The notes under the pieces were generated by a model. It worked only from the letters and a program-made list of their open reading frames with translations, did no database searches and was not told the DNA's origin. A program made the position numbers and the translations under genes. From Ktedonobacteria bacterium (lineage in GTDB: Bacteria; Chloroflexota; Ktedonobacteria; Ktedonobacterales; JACDGC01): a stretch of DNA of 64,000 nt. This document shows positions 21,167-30,094 of this stretch, piece after piece. Location of the stretch: the NCBI GenBank assembly GCA_027459705.1, contig DAIDHM010000065.1, positions 548 through 64,547 on the forward strand, read 5' to 3'. Numbering within the stretch: the first letter of the stretch is position 1; every line of letters begins with the position of its first letter.

Positions 21167-21961
21167 ATGATCACCGCCGCCAAACATCCCGTGGGTAGCG
21201 CGCTCGTCTGGCAATTGATCCGCACCGCGCTGGTGAAACATTTCAGCGCGGTGCGCCTGCGGCAACGCGGCGCGCCATGGACGGAGGCTGTGCCCACACT
21301 GCTCTATGTCTCGCATACCAGTTGGTGGGATGGCTATATGTGCCTGGTATTAGAGCACGGCCTCCTGCATCGCGATCCCTATCTGATGATGGAAGAGAAG
21401 AATCTGCGTCGATATCGCTTCTTCAGCTGGGCGGGCGTTTTTGGTGTGGATCGTGACGATGGCCGTGCGGCACTGCAATCGCTGGAGTACGCCGCTGGAC
21501 TACTGCACGACCATCCAGAACGTGATCTGTACCTCTTCCCTCAGGGCAGCGTCATGCCCGCGGACCAGCGACCGTTGCATTTATATAGTGGTGCGGCGCG
21601 GCTGGCAGCGCGCATCGGTGGCCCTGTGCGGCTGGCGCCAGTGGCGTTACGCTACGAATTTTTGCAGGAGCAGCGCCCCGAGGTGTTCGCCAGCATCGGC
21701 CCGGCACGCATTGTCACCCCAGACCAGAGCCAGCACCATCGCGCGCTGCTCATGACCATGACCAGCGATCTGACGGCAGAGCTGGACCTCCTCCATGCGG
21801 ATATCACGGCCGAGCATCTGGAAGATTTCCACACATTTCTGCGCGGCCGCAGCGGAATTGACCGGGCTTTCGATCGCTTACTGCTTCGGCAGCGGCGCGA
21901 GTCGCGACGCCATGCCATCGCGGCTGCTGCGCGCACCTCTCAGGGGACAGCCGACGTGTAG
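21167..21961 (+). CDS. PlsC-family (lysophospholipid-type) acyltransferase
   Basis: HX4D motif (SHTSWWDG) and a downstream FPQGS block. ATG 21167 has a GAGGAAGAGGA RBS. The TTG 21125 ORF start is less likely. Confidence 0.75.
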   Translation: MITAAKHPVGSALVWQLIRTALVKHFSAVRLRQRGAPWTEAVPTLLYVSHTSWWDGYMCLVLEHGLLHRDPYLMMEEKNLRRYRFFSWAGVFGVDRDDGRAALQSLEYAAGLLHDHPERDLYLFPQGSVMPADQRPLHLYSGAARLAARIGGPVRLAPVALRYEFLQEQRPEVFASIGPARIVTPDQSQHHRALLMTMTSDLTAELDLLHADITAEHLEDFHTFLRGRSGIDRAFDRLLLRQRRESRRHAIAAAARTSQGTADV

Positions 21962-23538
21962 CCATTTGTGGTGACTGAGGTACCAATGAGCGGATGCACA
22001 ATAATATCCCAGAAGATGCCATGACCGGGTTCGCCGACATAGATACCGAAGTCATTGGGTGGCCCGATGAGTGCCACGCGCCACACCGTCGCGCCCATGG
22101 GGAGCGTGTAGATCGCCTTGGCGGTGTTTTGGCTGGCGAGTGCTGACGCAGACGCGAGCAGCATCCCATCGGTTGCCATCCCCAGGACGGTATCGTCATA
22201 AGCGACATGGCCAGGTTGCGGCGAGGTGGGGTCGATGTACGGGATATGTGGCAATGGCATCTGCGACCAATGCGCGCCCTCGTCGGTCGTGCACTCCAGG
22301 CGGATCGCCTGCGTCGAGGGCACGCTGCCCTCGGCACAGAAGCGCGCCGGGAGAGTCGGTGTCATCCCGAAGAAGCCATGCGTACTGACAAAGATATCCA
22401 ACGGGGCCTGGCGCCAGGTGCCGCCGCTGTTATCGCTGATCCAGAGGGTCGCCGGGCTGCGCACTGTCGATGAGGGCATCGGCAAAGTCTCTGCCAGGAC
22501 ATAGAGGGTGCCGCGACCGGGGATGGTCCAGTAATCCAGCGGGAATTGGTTGGCCGCGAGCATCGGCGCATCAATAGGCTGCCAGGTCGCCATATGGTCA
22601 GTGCTGACGGAGAGATGCGCCATGGACGCGCCGGGCAGCGCGACCAGCGCGAAGATCGGGCCGGTGACGTCCGTCGCGGTGGTACGGCCTACTCCGACGC
22701 CAGCGGGTTCGGCGTGCCAGGTGATACCGCCGTCGAGCGAGAATTGCTCGACAGTGGGCAAGAAATTCGGTCCCGCCAAGGGCGAGTGTGGCGGCTGGCC
22801 AGGATTCAGGTTGGCGTTGGCGACCGTCGCCTGGCGCTGGACGAAGAGATTGAGAGAGTTGGCATTCCCCGAGTCAAGCTGGGGTGTACAGAAGAAGGCG
22901 TGATCGACAGTGATCGCCGCTGTCTGGCGCCAGTGGAGTGCTCGGTCATGCGTCACCCAGATCTGTACAGTGTTTGGCGCGGCGACAAAGCAGGCGTAGG
23001 CGGTCGTTCCATCGCTGGGCGCGATCTCGAAGTTATAATCTCCGATTTCCAGCGGACCCAAACCTTGCGGTGGCATGAGCGTGGTCAGCCCTGGCGGTAG
23101 CGTGATGTCTAGCCAGAGGGAATCTATCGCCTGGACTGTCGCCCCGCCGACCGCTGTCTGTGGAGTTGTGATGGATGTGGGTCGTTGCGACGTATGGCCA
23201 CCGGGCGGCCCGTTCAAACCCCAGACGATGGCGAGAATGAGCAATGCTGCTGTCACGACACTCCCACCGATCCCCAGTCCGCGTCGCGTGATGAGAGGCA
23301 CGCGCGGTTGGCGTTGGGCGGCGCGTTGCACGGCGCGCCAAAGCGGCTGCCCCGAGGGCGGCACCGGCAGCGCGCGGATGATCCCGGCGACACGCGCATC
23401 TTCTGCCAGAATACGCTGGCAGGCGGCGCACTCAGTGATATGGTCGCGCAAGGATTGTGTCTCCAAGGGTACGAGCAGGCCCGCGTCATAGGCCGCCAAT
23501 ATTGCGGGATCGATGCGCAATGCGCAGGTTGCGGTCAT
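21940..23538 (-). CDS. Zinc-binding anti-sigma factor (ZAS) with TM and extracytoplasmic BNR/Asp-box beta-propeller
   Basis: N-terminal HITECAACQRIL (HxxxCxxC), one TM (GGSVVTAALLILAIVWGL), and Asp-box-like repeats SLDGGITWH, SDNSGGTWRQ, TTDEGAHWSQ, HDRALHWRQ, STDHMATWQP. Its start lies 1 nt after the stop of the sigma gene. Confidence 0.82.
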   Translation of the reverse strand: MTATCALRIDPAILAAYDAGLLVPLETQSLRDHITECAACQRILAEDARVAGIIRALPVPPSGQPLWRAVQRAAQRQPRVPLITRRGLGIGGSVVTAALLILAIVWGLNGPPGGHTSQRPTSITTPQTAVGGATVQAIDSLWLDITLPPGLTTLMPPQGLGPLEIGDYNFEIAPSDGTTAYACFVAAPNTVQIWVTHDRALHWRQTAAITVDHAFFCTPQLDSGNANSLNLFVQRQATVANANLNPGQPPHSPLAGPNFLPTVEQFSLDGGITWHAEPAGVGVGRTTATDVTGPIFALVALPGASMAHLSVSTDHMATWQPIDAPMLAANQFPLDYWTIPGRGTLYVLAETLPMPSSTVRSPATLWISDNSGGTWRQAPLDIFVSTHGFFGMTPTLPARFCAEGSVPSTQAIRLECTTDEGAHWSQMPLPHIPYIDPTSPQPGHVAYDDTVLGMATDGMLLASASALASQNTAKAIYTLPMGATVWRVALIGPPNDFGIYVGEPGHGIFWDIIVHPLIGTSVTTNGYTSAVP

Positions 23539-23539
23539 G

Positions 23540-24139
23540 TCAATCCTCCTCGGCGCGCAGATAGCGTGCGCGAAATTGCGCGCGCGCCCGACTCAGCGCC
23601 ATCTTCACCGCCGCCGCCGAGATCCCTAAGGTGCGCCCCACCTCCGCGCCGGTGAAACCATGGACATCGCGCAACAACAGCACTGCACGCTGGCGCGGCG
23701 GCAGGGCTTCCAGGATCGCGCGGATCTGCTCTTGCTCTGCCAGCGTACCCACGAGATCGGTCGCGCCAGCATCGTCATCACGCAGTGGGGTCGCTGCGGC
23801 GACCGATGTGTAACGCCGAAGTTGGGTCAGTGCCAGGTTCGAGGCGACGCGGAAGAGCCAGGCGCCATTCTCGCGATGAGATGCGATGGCGTCGAAATGT
23901 TGCCAGGCCCGCAGAAAGGTTTCCTGGCTCAAGTCGAATGCCAGCTGCTGATCCCCGGTCAGGCGCCAGAGGTAGCTATAGATCTGACGCTCGAAGCGCC
24001 AGAAGAATGCCTCGAATTCGCTGCTCGTGCCTGTTGCCGACTCCGCGCCGCTCGGCGTAGCCAAAGTCTGGTCATCGCCCGCCGTTCCTCCCAGGATCGC
24101 TGCCAGCCAAATCCACGATCCGTGCCATGATCCCAGCAT
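23540..24139 (-). CDS. ECF-type RNA polymerase sigma factor (pair 2)
   Basis: Region 2 (LSQETFLRAWQHFDAI...NGAWLFRVASNLALTQLRR) and region 4 (AVLLLRDVHGFTGAEVGRTLGISAAAVKMALSRARAQF). Confidence 0.9.
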   Translation of the reverse strand: MLGSWHGSWIWLAAILGGTAGDDQTLATPSGAESATGTSSEFEAFFWRFERQIYSYLWRLTGDQQLAFDLSQETFLRAWQHFDAIASHRENGAWLFRVASNLALTQLRRYTSVAAATPLRDDDAGATDLVGTLAEQEQIRAILEALPPRQRAVLLLRDVHGFTGAEVGRTLGISAAAVKMALSRARAQFRARYLRAEED

Positions 24140-24289
24140 GCTGCACCTCGCGGTTGCTGTATTTCAATGAGATAACTCCACCGGGTGGCGAAAAGTAACG
24201 CGCGCTCCACGCACCGAGGAAATGTTCGGGCGGGAGCGTGCGGCTGAGTCTGTTCGAATACATCACAACGACGCGCGCATCAGGCAAGG

Positions 24290-25897
24290 TCAGCCAATCT
24301 TGAGCGTGTTGCGCGAATCCTGGATGTACCCGCTTTTATCAGATGCCAGGTCGATACCGACAAATGCAAAGGGAAAGCCGTGCGACACGACCATGGTCAA
24401 CGTCAGTTGATACGATTGGCCACCCTTGCTATACGTTGCGCTGACAGTCGTACCGGCCAGCCCCGCAAGCTGATCAGGATATGCGCCAATCTCAACGTAG
24501 TTTGTCCCACCCTCTAGCCCAGCGACCTGCGCGGACGTTGTCAGCGCATCAGGCCGGGAATTGGCAGTCGAGCCGACCAAGAGAATGATGCTCGCTTGTC
24601 CGGTTGGATCACTGAAGCGATAACTTTGGGTAAATTGGGGCAGCGAGTAATTGCTCGCCGCCCATCCTTGCTCGATGGAGAGCGACCATAGGCCGCCCGA
24701 CCCGTCATTACCCTGGAAGGTGGCTCCCATGAACGGCTGATTTGGCACGGTTGTGGCGGTGGGTGGCACCGTGGTGGGTGAGGGAGTAGGTGGCACATAG
24801 GGCACGGGGGTGGGAGGCACATACCCGATTGGCGGCCAGTTATAGGTTGAACTTACCAAGGTCATCACCACAGGCAATGGGCCATTTTTGAAGAAAGTGG
24901 ATAGCACTACCGGGTCGATATTGCTCGATGCAATCGTAAATGACCCCGTGATCTCTGACTGGATCACCACAGATTCGAAGACCTCGCCATCGGCGGAGAG
25001 CGTCAGATAGTTGCCAACATGCTGTTTGGTATAGTCCGCGAAGCGTTGGCTGGCGTTGGCGTTCATCGCCGCCGTGATCATCGGGATGCCATTCTGCGCG
25101 ATATCAGTCACCGAGGTCTGGTCGATATCATTGTTGGTGAAGACGACTGGGTATTGCCCCGCTTTGAGCATCGTGCCGGGTGCGACTTCCTGTGGGGTCT
25201 GCCAGAACTGAATCAACCCTTGTGGGTACACCTCATTCCTGACACAGCCGCAGGTGTCGACGGTTGGATCGAGGAGATCAATCTGGATGATCTTCCCGCT
25301 GACGGTGATCCGCAGGTAGGTGGTGTTAGACGGAAAGAGCGGACTGTAGCGTTTGAGGATCTGTTGCTGCAACAGGGTTGCCGTTGCCTGGCAATTGCCA
25401 GAAGCTGGGCATGGCGCAGTGAAATACAGCAAGGATCCGGGCGGATATGCTGGATTGTAGGTCGGTTGGCGTTGGATCGAGGATCCCGGAGTATTGGTTG
25501 GGTTCGTACTGGTACTGCTCTTACTGGCGAGATTGAGACGCGGAATGAGCACGGCGAAGAGCGCGATCAACGCGACCGCGATGATCGCGGCAATCCAGGG
25601 CAATCCCTGGCGCGTCGGCGATGGGCGGGGGGCTCGCCCGCGCACCTGCGGGGTGATTTCGGTCTCAGGTCCATCTTGATAGCGCGATGGTGGCATCCAG
25701 TTCATGTTACCGCTCCTTTGGCGATCAAATGGGAGATTTAGCGAGGGATTGTCCGGTAAGCGATACATACGCGACTGGAGCCGATTGGCGATCGCTTCGG
25801 TTGCGCCAGCATTGCTCAGGCGCCATGCCTGGCCATCGGCGCGCAGAGCTTCTTCAAGCGCGGCGTTGGCACGGGCGGTTTCGTCTTGATCAGTCAT
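24290..25897 (-). CDS. Putative anti-sigma factor with extracytoplasmic SecD-P1-head-like domain, Pro/Thr linker and C-terminal domain
   Basis: ATGA overlap with the upstream sigma gene. One TM (LPWIAAIIAVALIALFAVLIP). FADYTKQHVGNYLTLSADGEVFESVVIQSEITGSFTIAS...GPLPVVM resembles the SecD periplasmic head pattern. Linker YVPPTPVPYVPPTPSPTTVPPTATTVP. Confidence 0.6.
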   Translation of the reverse strand: MTDQDETARANAALEEALRADGQAWRLSNAGATEAIANRLQSRMYRLPDNPSLNLPFDRQRSGNMNWMPPSRYQDGPETEITPQVRGRAPRPSPTRQGLPWIAAIIAVALIALFAVLIPRLNLASKSSTSTNPTNTPGSSIQRQPTYNPAYPPGSLLYFTAPCPASGNCQATATLLQQQILKRYSPLFPSNTTYLRITVSGKIIQIDLLDPTVDTCGCVRNEVYPQGLIQFWQTPQEVAPGTMLKAGQYPVVFTNNDIDQTSVTDIAQNGIPMITAAMNANASQRFADYTKQHVGNYLTLSADGEVFESVVIQSEITGSFTIASSNIDPVVLSTFFKNGPLPVVMTLVSSTYNWPPIGYVPPTPVPYVPPTPSPTTVPPTATTVPNQPFMGATFQGNDGSGGLWSLSIEQGWAASNYSLPQFTQSYRFSDPTGQASIILLVGSTANSRPDALTTSAQVAGLEGGTNYVEIGAYPDQLAGLAGTTVSATYSKGGQSYQLTLTMVVSHGFPFAFVGIDLASDKSGYIQDSRNTLKIG

Positions 25898-26424
25898 GCG
25901 ATGCCTCCTGCCCCCTTGTGCGACTCAGCTTGCATCCTCGCGCGTAAGCGCTCGAGTGCGCGGCGCAGTCGGGTGCGGATTGTCGCCGCCGGTGTGGTGA
26001 GGATCTGTCCGATCTCGCTCGCGTTGAGGTCTACATAAAAACGCAAGATGATGAGGCTACGGTCATCTTCCCCCAATTCCAACAAAGCGGCGCGCAGGTC
26101 CAGTGCGGCTGCGGCATCGCTGGATGCCGGGTTGAAGGGTGACATGAAGGCGGCGGCGACGGCGAGGTCTGTCTGGCGACGGCGGTCGGATCCATAGCGG
26201 CCGTTCCACCAGTTGCGGCAGAGATTGATTTCGATCTGCAAGAGCCAGGCGCGCATCGCCGATCGATCGCGCAAGCTCTCGCGGGCCAGCCAGGCGCGCG
26301 TCAGCGCCTCCTGGGCGGCGTCTTCGGCATCTGCCATCCCCACAAACCCTTGCGCTACGCGCACGAGGTCGCCGAGATGGGGAGTGACCAGCGCGGCGAA
26401 GGTGTCGCGATCCATGATGCCCAT
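25894..26424 (-). CDS. ECF-type RNA polymerase sigma factor (pair 3)
   Basis: Region 2 (AEDAAQEALTRAWLARESLRD..AWLLQIEINLCRNWW) and region 4 (LIILRFYVDLNASEIGQILTTPAATIRTRLRRALERL). The ORF opens at 26514. ATG 26424 has a CAGGAG RBS about 10 nt upstream. Confidence 0.88.
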   Translation of the reverse strand: MGIMDRDTFAALVTPHLGDLVRVAQGFVGMADAEDAAQEALTRAWLARESLRDRSAMRAWLLQIEINLCRNWWNGRYGSDRRRQTDLAVAAAFMSPFNPASSDAAAALDLRAALLELGEDDRSLIILRFYVDLNASEIGQILTTPAATIRTRLRRALERLRARMQAESHKGAGGIA

Positions 26425-26877
26425 CCTCTCATAACTCCTGTCATTATGCAGGACAGGGTGAAAGGCGGGGAGTGTTTCATATGGATGAGCGGTTGGGTCA
26501 AAGGCCAGGATCACGTGTTCAATGCGATCCCACCATTCGAATTTTGCTACAGCAAAAGCAGAGTGAGGAACATCTCAATGGCTTGAAAACACTGGAGATC
26601 AGTACTTTTGGGAGTGTTGTATACACAGGAAACAAAACATTGGAGTGGGCCAGAACTCACCAAGGTAAGAGGAGAAAGGGATGAGACAAGCGATTTTCAC
26701 GTTTTACCGCATATTTGCATAAGCACGGAACACCACGTCTCATAGGCCTTGTATTTCCTCATTTTTGGTCAATCCACCGCAAAGTACTAGCAGCGAATGC
26801 GTGATACATTGGTTGGTCGCAACTTTACGCATGCGGGAGAGAGAGCCCCGGAGGGTAGGAAGAATACCTGTAACGTG

Positions 26878-26906
26878 TTGACAGGCCAAGGCGGTATCCA
26901 TATAAT
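26878..26906 (+). promoter_or_regulatory. Consensus sigma-70-type promoter upstream of the glycan operon
   Basis: TTGACA (26878-26883), a 17-nt spacer, then TATAAT (26901-26906). Both hexamers match consensus perfectly. It lies about 68 nt upstream of the GT2 start, in an AT-rich 450-nt intergenic region. Confidence 0.65.
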
Positions 26907-26973
26907 TGCTTACGTGCTTCAGATAGCGAATTGAACCACTCTCCTGAGGGTGTGGTAGTAATGAGGTAGCTTA

Positions 26974-28227
26974 GTGTCCACGTTCATCATTTATGCCATC
27001 GTTGTGATCTCGGTGATCCTCACCCTCCAGGCTCTTTTCTCCATCCAACTCATGCTTTATACGTGGGAAGACACAGAGCGGGGCGTACGCAGCATGCCGC
27101 CCAAGCATCTTGCTCCTCCACGATTCTCATTTACCGTCCTTTTGCCTGCCCGTGCTGAAGAGAAAGTCATCTATGATACCATTCACAAGGTATGGAATGC
27201 GGATTACCTCCATGGGTTGCTTGAAATCCTCGTTATTTGCCATGTAAGTGATGAAGCCACTATTCGCGAAGCAGAACGGGCTATTAAGGATATTGGTTCG
27301 CGTACTGTGCGAGTGGTGACATTCTCCGACCCGCCGATTAACAAGCCACATGGCTTAAACGTCGGCCTGGCGAATAGCCATAACGAAATCGTGACGATCT
27401 TTGATGCGGAGGATGACGTTTCGCCAGATATTTTCCGGGTGGTCAATACGATTTTTATTGCTGAGGGCGTCAATATTGTTCAGGGTGGTGTACAGTTGAT
27501 GAATTTTCGCGATCACTGGTTCTCCTCGCATAATTGTCTTGAATATTTCTTCTGGTTCAAGAGCCGATTGCATTTCCAGGCGGCGATGCGAATGATCCCT
27601 CTCGGTGGAAACACGGTGTTCTTTAAGCGCAACCTGCTCGATATGGTTGGTGGTTGGAATCAACTGTGTCTGACCGAAGATGCGGAGATTGGTTTGCGGT
27701 TGAGTACCCTGGGTGAGCCAATCCGGGTATTCTATGACGCACGAATTGCGACTCGCGAAGAAACACCCGATAGTATTGAACAATTCATCAAACAACGCAC
27801 CCGCTGGCATCAAGGATTCCTGCAGATCTTGCGTAGTGGTGTGTGGCGAAAACTACCAGGCAGAAAACAACGCCTCCTCGCGTTCTATGCATTTGCTTAT
27901 CCCTGGTTCCAGGGGTTTTCACTCTTGTTGATCCCCATCATGCTCGGAATTGGCATCTTTATGAAGCTGCCAGTTCTGGTGGCGTTGCTCTCCTTTATTC
28001 CGCTTTACACATTAGTCTTCCAAGCTCTCCTGAGCGCCTATGGTATCATCGCATTCGCCCGTGATTATCATTTGAAATACTCCCTCTGGGATATTATCAA
28101 GTTGCTACTCACGTTTATTCCTTACCAGTTCTTACAAGGGGTCAGTGCTTTGCGCGCGACTTGGCGCGAGATCATTGGACGGAGTAACTGGGAAAAAACG
28201 GCTCATGTTGGTGCTCATCGAGGATAG
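26974..28227 (+). CDS. Membrane-embedded processive family-2 glycosyltransferase (PgaC/IcaA/NodC/BcsA-like synthase)
   Basis: N-terminal TM, GT-A core with FDAEDD, TED motif (CLTEDAEIGLRL), QxxRW motif (QRTRWHQG), and several C-terminal TMs. GTG start with a GAGGT RBS. Confidence 0.85.
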   Translation: MSTFIIYAIVVISVILTLQALFSIQLMLYTWEDTERGVRSMPPKHLAPPRFSFTVLLPARAEEKVIYDTIHKVWNADYLHGLLEILVICHVSDEATIREAERAIKDIGSRTVRVVTFSDPPINKPHGLNVGLANSHNEIVTIFDAEDDVSPDIFRVVNTIFIAEGVNIVQGGVQLMNFRDHWFSSHNCLEYFFWFKSRLHFQAAMRMIPLGGNTVFFKRNLLDMVGGWNQLCLTEDAEIGLRLSTLGEPIRVFYDARIATREETPDSIEQFIKQRTRWHQGFLQILRSGVWRKLPGRKQRLLAFYAFAYPWFQGFSLLLIPIMLGIGIFMKLPVLVALLSFIPLYTLVFQALLSAYGIIAFARDYHLKYSLWDIIKLLLTFIPYQFLQGVSALRATWREIIGRSNWEKTAHVGAHRG

Positions 28228-28291
28228 GCAGCCTCAGAGCTTCCCTAAACTGTCCTGAAAAGCACATTATCGCGCGGAGGATCAGCAAGCA

Positions 28292-30094
28292 ATGTATAGC
28301 GAAACGAGACGTGACTTACCTACCAGACAGGTGACTGCTGTAAAAACGCCGTTGCCTTCTGATAATTTGGCTGAGAGTGGAGTCACGACCTATGAAATAG
28401 AGTCAATTACTGAGGAACGAAAGCGGCGGTTCCGTTGGATCAATTGGGAATTAGCCATCATCTTGCTCATCCTCGTCATCGCCGGGGTCCTCCATGGTTA
28501 TAATATGTTCCACTATCCATATATTGAGGATGACGAAGGGATCTATTCATCTGAAGCTTGGTCTGTGATGATGCATGGACAATTATCCCCTTATACTTAC
28601 TGGTATGATCATGCGCCAGCTGGATGGATCTTCATGGCCTTGTGGATGCTGATCACGGGCGGAACCGCGATCTTTGGTCAGGTGATCATCAGTGCGCGTG
28701 TTTTCATGCTGGTCCTCCAACTGGCATCAGTCTTAATGGTCTATCGCATCACTCGCAATTTGACGGGCAGCATCTTCGCCGCGGTCATTGGTTCGTTACT
28801 CTTTGCCATCTCGCCATTCGGGATATATTATCATCGTCGCGTCTTGCTCGATAATATCGCAACCTTCTGGATGCTGGTGAGTATCACCATCCTGGTCGGC
28901 ACGCGCTCGCTCACTCTGCGTCGAGTCTGGTTGAGCGCGATTGCCTGCGGTTTAGCTGTCCTTTCCAAGGAAAATGCGGTCTTCATCATTCCGGCTTTGC
29001 CCTTGTTGGTACTGATTCGGTCGCATAAATTACACCGTGGCCTGGCAATCTTCGGTTGGACGGTGGTCTCTGTCTCAGTAGTCTCCCTCTATTTCCTGTT
29101 CGCCATCTTGAAATCCGAGTTGTTTCCTCCAGGTACGCTCCCCTGGGATACCTCGTCGCATGTCAGTTTATTGGGGACTCTCCAATTTCAGGCAGCCCGC
29201 GGCAAAGACGGAGGGTTGTTGGATCTCAATAGCGCATTCTGGAAGTCAGTGAATTTCTGGGTGCGTGGCGATCGCTTCGATAACCTCCCCGATCCCCTAT
29301 TGACGGTAGCTGGAACAGCATGCGCTATCATTTCGCTGCTGTTTTTTAGAACGAACCAGATCATCTCTATTATTGGATTAGGCACCATTTTAATGTGGGT
29401 GTTCTTGGCGCGTGGCGGTATTGTTGGCAACTTCTACCTCCTGCCGATCTTGCCATTGCTGGCGATCTGTATCGCGATGGTGCTCGGGATCATCTATAAT
29501 CGTATTGGGGGATATTTTGCGAAACGCAACATTTCCTCATCAGTTCGAGGGGTTCTTGCCGGTTCAGTCTGCTTGATACTATTGGCTGGCATGGTTGTGG
29601 GGACCTATTCCCTGACCCCTGATCATGGAACGTTGCTGCCTCAGCGCTATGTGCGTTTGCTCACAAGTCCGCAGGCGGATGCTCAATATGAAGCGTTAAA
29701 TTGGGCCTTTGCCCATATCCCGCCTGGTAGCGTCATTGTGACGGATACGTATGCCTACATGGACCTCATAACCGCAAACCGTGGCTATAAAGTGTATTGG
29801 TATAACAAGCCCGATCTTGATCCCCAGATCAAAGCTGAGGTTGGAAACTGGAATCATATCGACTACTTGATTGTGACGGATCAGGTACTGTTCGATATGC
29901 AGACTGCTCATCTCACGATGCTGGCTGACGCCTATACGCACTCAAAACAAGACGCTCGGTTTCTCACTGATGGCTGGCAAGTGTCGATACGTCAGGTGAT
30001 CCATACGACCGCGGCAACGGGCAGCGCTGTGACCGCACCACCAAATGAGGCTGGGTTGGAGGCATTGCGGCAACCTATCTGGAGGAAGGTATGA
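28292..30094 (+). CDS. GT-C fold glycosyltransferase (ArnT/PMT, GT39/GT83-like), polytopic membrane protein
   Basis: 600 aa with about 10 or more TMs. The first-loop acidic motif YIEDDEGIYSSEAW is typical of polyprenyl-phosphate-sugar-dependent GT-C enzymes. GGAGGA RBS. Confidence 0.8.
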   Translation: MYSETRRDLPTRQVTAVKTPLPSDNLAESGVTTYEIESITEERKRRFRWINWELAIILLILVIAGVLHGYNMFHYPYIEDDEGIYSSEAWSVMMHGQLSPYTYWYDHAPAGWIFMALWMLITGGTAIFGQVIISARVFMLVLQLASVLMVYRITRNLTGSIFAAVIGSLLFAISPFGIYYHRRVLLDNIATFWMLVSITILVGTRSLTLRRVWLSAIACGLAVLSKENAVFIIPALPLLVLIRSHKLHRGLAIFGWTVVSVSVVSLYFLFAILKSELFPPGTLPWDTSSHVSLLGTLQFQAARGKDGGLLDLNSAFWKSVNFWVRGDRFDNLPDPLLTVAGTACAIISLLFFRTNQIISIIGLGTILMWVFLARGGIVGNFYLLPILPLLAICIAMVLGIIYNRIGGYFAKRNISSSVRGVLAGSVCLILLAGMVVGTYSLTPDHGTLLPQRYVRLLTSPQADAQYEALNWAFAHIPPGSVIVTDTYAYMDLITANRGYKVYWYNKPDLDPQIKAEVGNWNHIDYLIVTDQVLFDMQTAHLTMLADAYTHSKQDARFLTDGWQVSIRQVIHTTAATGSAVTAPPNEAGLEALRQPIWRKV

